Assembly: GCA_030390025.1 (NCBI GenBank)
Contig: CM059431.1
Location: 101,124,001-101,188,000, forward strand
Origin: Squalus acanthias
Lineage: Eukaryota
Reading direction: 5' to 3'
DNA: 64,000 bases
Shown: positions 62,241-64,000 of the stretch, one piece after another
Position numbering within the stretch: position 1 is the first letter of the stretch
Layout of the letters: each line of letters opens with the position of its first letter
The notes under the pieces: model-generated
What the model saw: only the letters and a program-made list of their open reading frames with translations
Databases searched by the model: none
What the model was told of the DNA's origin: nothing
Made by a program: the position numbers and the translations under genes

Positions 62241-63349
62241 CTTTTTTCAAGGCTACACAAAGCTCACACAGAACAGTGTGACGTTAAAATGTGTGCACCA
62301 GACTATAGAAAACCATTCGCTTGTTTTCAATGTGAAACGTGACTGACAAGAGTTAGTGGTTAGCACGGTAACAAAGCTAGTTTTTGGCTGTACTGGTTCA
62401 TGAATAATATTATTTCAGTGCTGGGTTCCAAATATTTTCAAAAAATCTGGTTCACGACAGAATGAAACGTAAGGAAAGTTGTTATTAGAATGAGTTCAAT
62501 AGCTAGCTGGACCCTATTCCAATTGCAAATACACCCTGTATAATTAAACAATAATGTAGCTGCCACTTTATTGAAGCAGATAAAACATTACAAAATAATA
62601 TTGTAGGACAGAGACTAGGAACCATAGGGGGATGGTGCTCAGGAACAGGTTACGAATGAAACAGTAATCAATCGGATGCTCCTTAAATTCCACTTGTTAA
62701 TATTTGAAGCATAGGAAGACATAGAGCTGTACAATGTTCACCCAAATTCATTTTTGGGATGCGCAGCCCATTCGAAGTTTCATTTCAGATTGGAAAAGCC
62801 GGTCCCGGGACCGCAAGACAGCTGCACGGCCGCACAGCTTAGAGGGAACACTGGAGCTATGGGAGGAAAGTGGGAATAGTCTTGGATTGCTCTAGGAGAG
62901 AGCCAGCCCAGAAATGATGGGCCAAATAGCCTCCATCTGTCCTGTGAACTTCGATGGTTCCAACAGTTTACATGTGCGAAAGAAAGTTTTTTTTGGTGCA
63001 GAGTTCATCTTATTGCATCGATTTTTTTAAGTTACCACAGAAAGATGTCTGTGCAAAACTCGTTTCGGTCACTCGATACCGCCAGTATTAGCTGAGAATT
63101 TGAAAAGTGTTAACGGCATTTCATAGTAATGAAATGGAATTGCACAAACTTTAAAAAAGAAATATTTGTGAACAAGCTACATGTTGATAGTTAGACATTA
63201 AGAACTCAATTTGCACAACAAGCATCTTTTTCCCACCAAATATGCTTGCAGTATTTTAACACATGAATAGTATCCATAACTATGTAACTTATACAAGAGA
63301 TTTGCATTTGTCAGTTTCTCATGGTGACACACTGGTGTGCCTCAATGTG

Positions 63350-63628
63350 TGCGCTCCTCCAAGTCTGGCCTCTTGTGCACCCCTGATTTCCATCGCTCCA
63401 CCACTGGCGGCCGCGCCTTCAGCTGCCTGGGCCCTAAACTCTGGAATTCCCTCCCTAAACCTCTCCGCCTCCTTCTCCTCCTTTAAGATGCTCCTTAAAA
63501 CCTACCTCTTTGACCAACCTGTCCTAATATCTCTTTATATGGCTCGGTGTAAAATTTTGTTTGATAACGTTCATGTGAAGCGCCTTGGGACATTTTACTA
63601 TGTTAAAGGTGCTATATAAATGCAAATT
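63350..63628 (+). mobile_element. L2-clade LINE 3' end
   Basis: FKMLLKTYLF with the conserved tail. Confidence 0.7.
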
Positions 63629-64000
63629 ATTGTCCCTTCCAAATTAGATGTACTATTGAAGCTGTAAAAAGGTACTGTTTTTAGAATGTATTTTTCAATA
63701 TCACCCTGCGAACAGGGTAAGGTAGTGTAATGGTTATGGTACTAGCTATTGGGCTCCAATTTTAACTCCAGCTGGGTTCCCCGCTCAGGCCTGAGTTAAA
63801 ATTACAGTTGGGTCTCAATTACGTCATCGGGCCGCAACTTGCACATGTAAAGAAGGACCCTGTTGGCTCCGGGCGTGTGTCCTTGCTGCCCGCTCAGGAG
63901 AGCAGGTTAAAATTGCAGATGTTGCGATCACGGCAGCTTTCGGACAGGGAAGAGCCAGGGCGATTTTAACCGCCCGCCCGCCAGGTTTCTGCTGAACGAG

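Overview
Eukaryotic, repeat-saturated vertebrate DNA. The repeat families (Deu-domain tRNA SINEs, CR1/L2 LINE 3' ends, Penelope-like elements, Harbinger/hAT MITEs) point to a cartilaginous fish such as a shark; this is inference. The only clear host gene is one coding exon of a GPR183 (EBI2)-family oxysterol GPCR at 60442-61509 (+), with a splice acceptor just upstream. The rest is nested mobile DNA. It includes two families of Penelope-like retroelements (PLEs) with minimal hammerhead-ribozyme motifs and 10-15 bp TSDs. Several PLEs form large inverted repeats, one a 451-bp-arm palindrome, and two sit at abutting positions of the CR1 RT sequence. There are also fossil Harbinger transposase and Myb/SANT genes with many GC-rich 3-bp-TSD MITEs, hAT-like MITEs, two solo LTRs and a third probable LTR. 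A 33-bp minisatellite with a 14-unit higher-order duplication has expanded inside a SINE, and there is a 500-N assembly gap. No CRISPR or prokaryote-type system is supported. Repeat family names come from pattern recognition, not database search, and boundaries are approximate unless TSDs are quoted.
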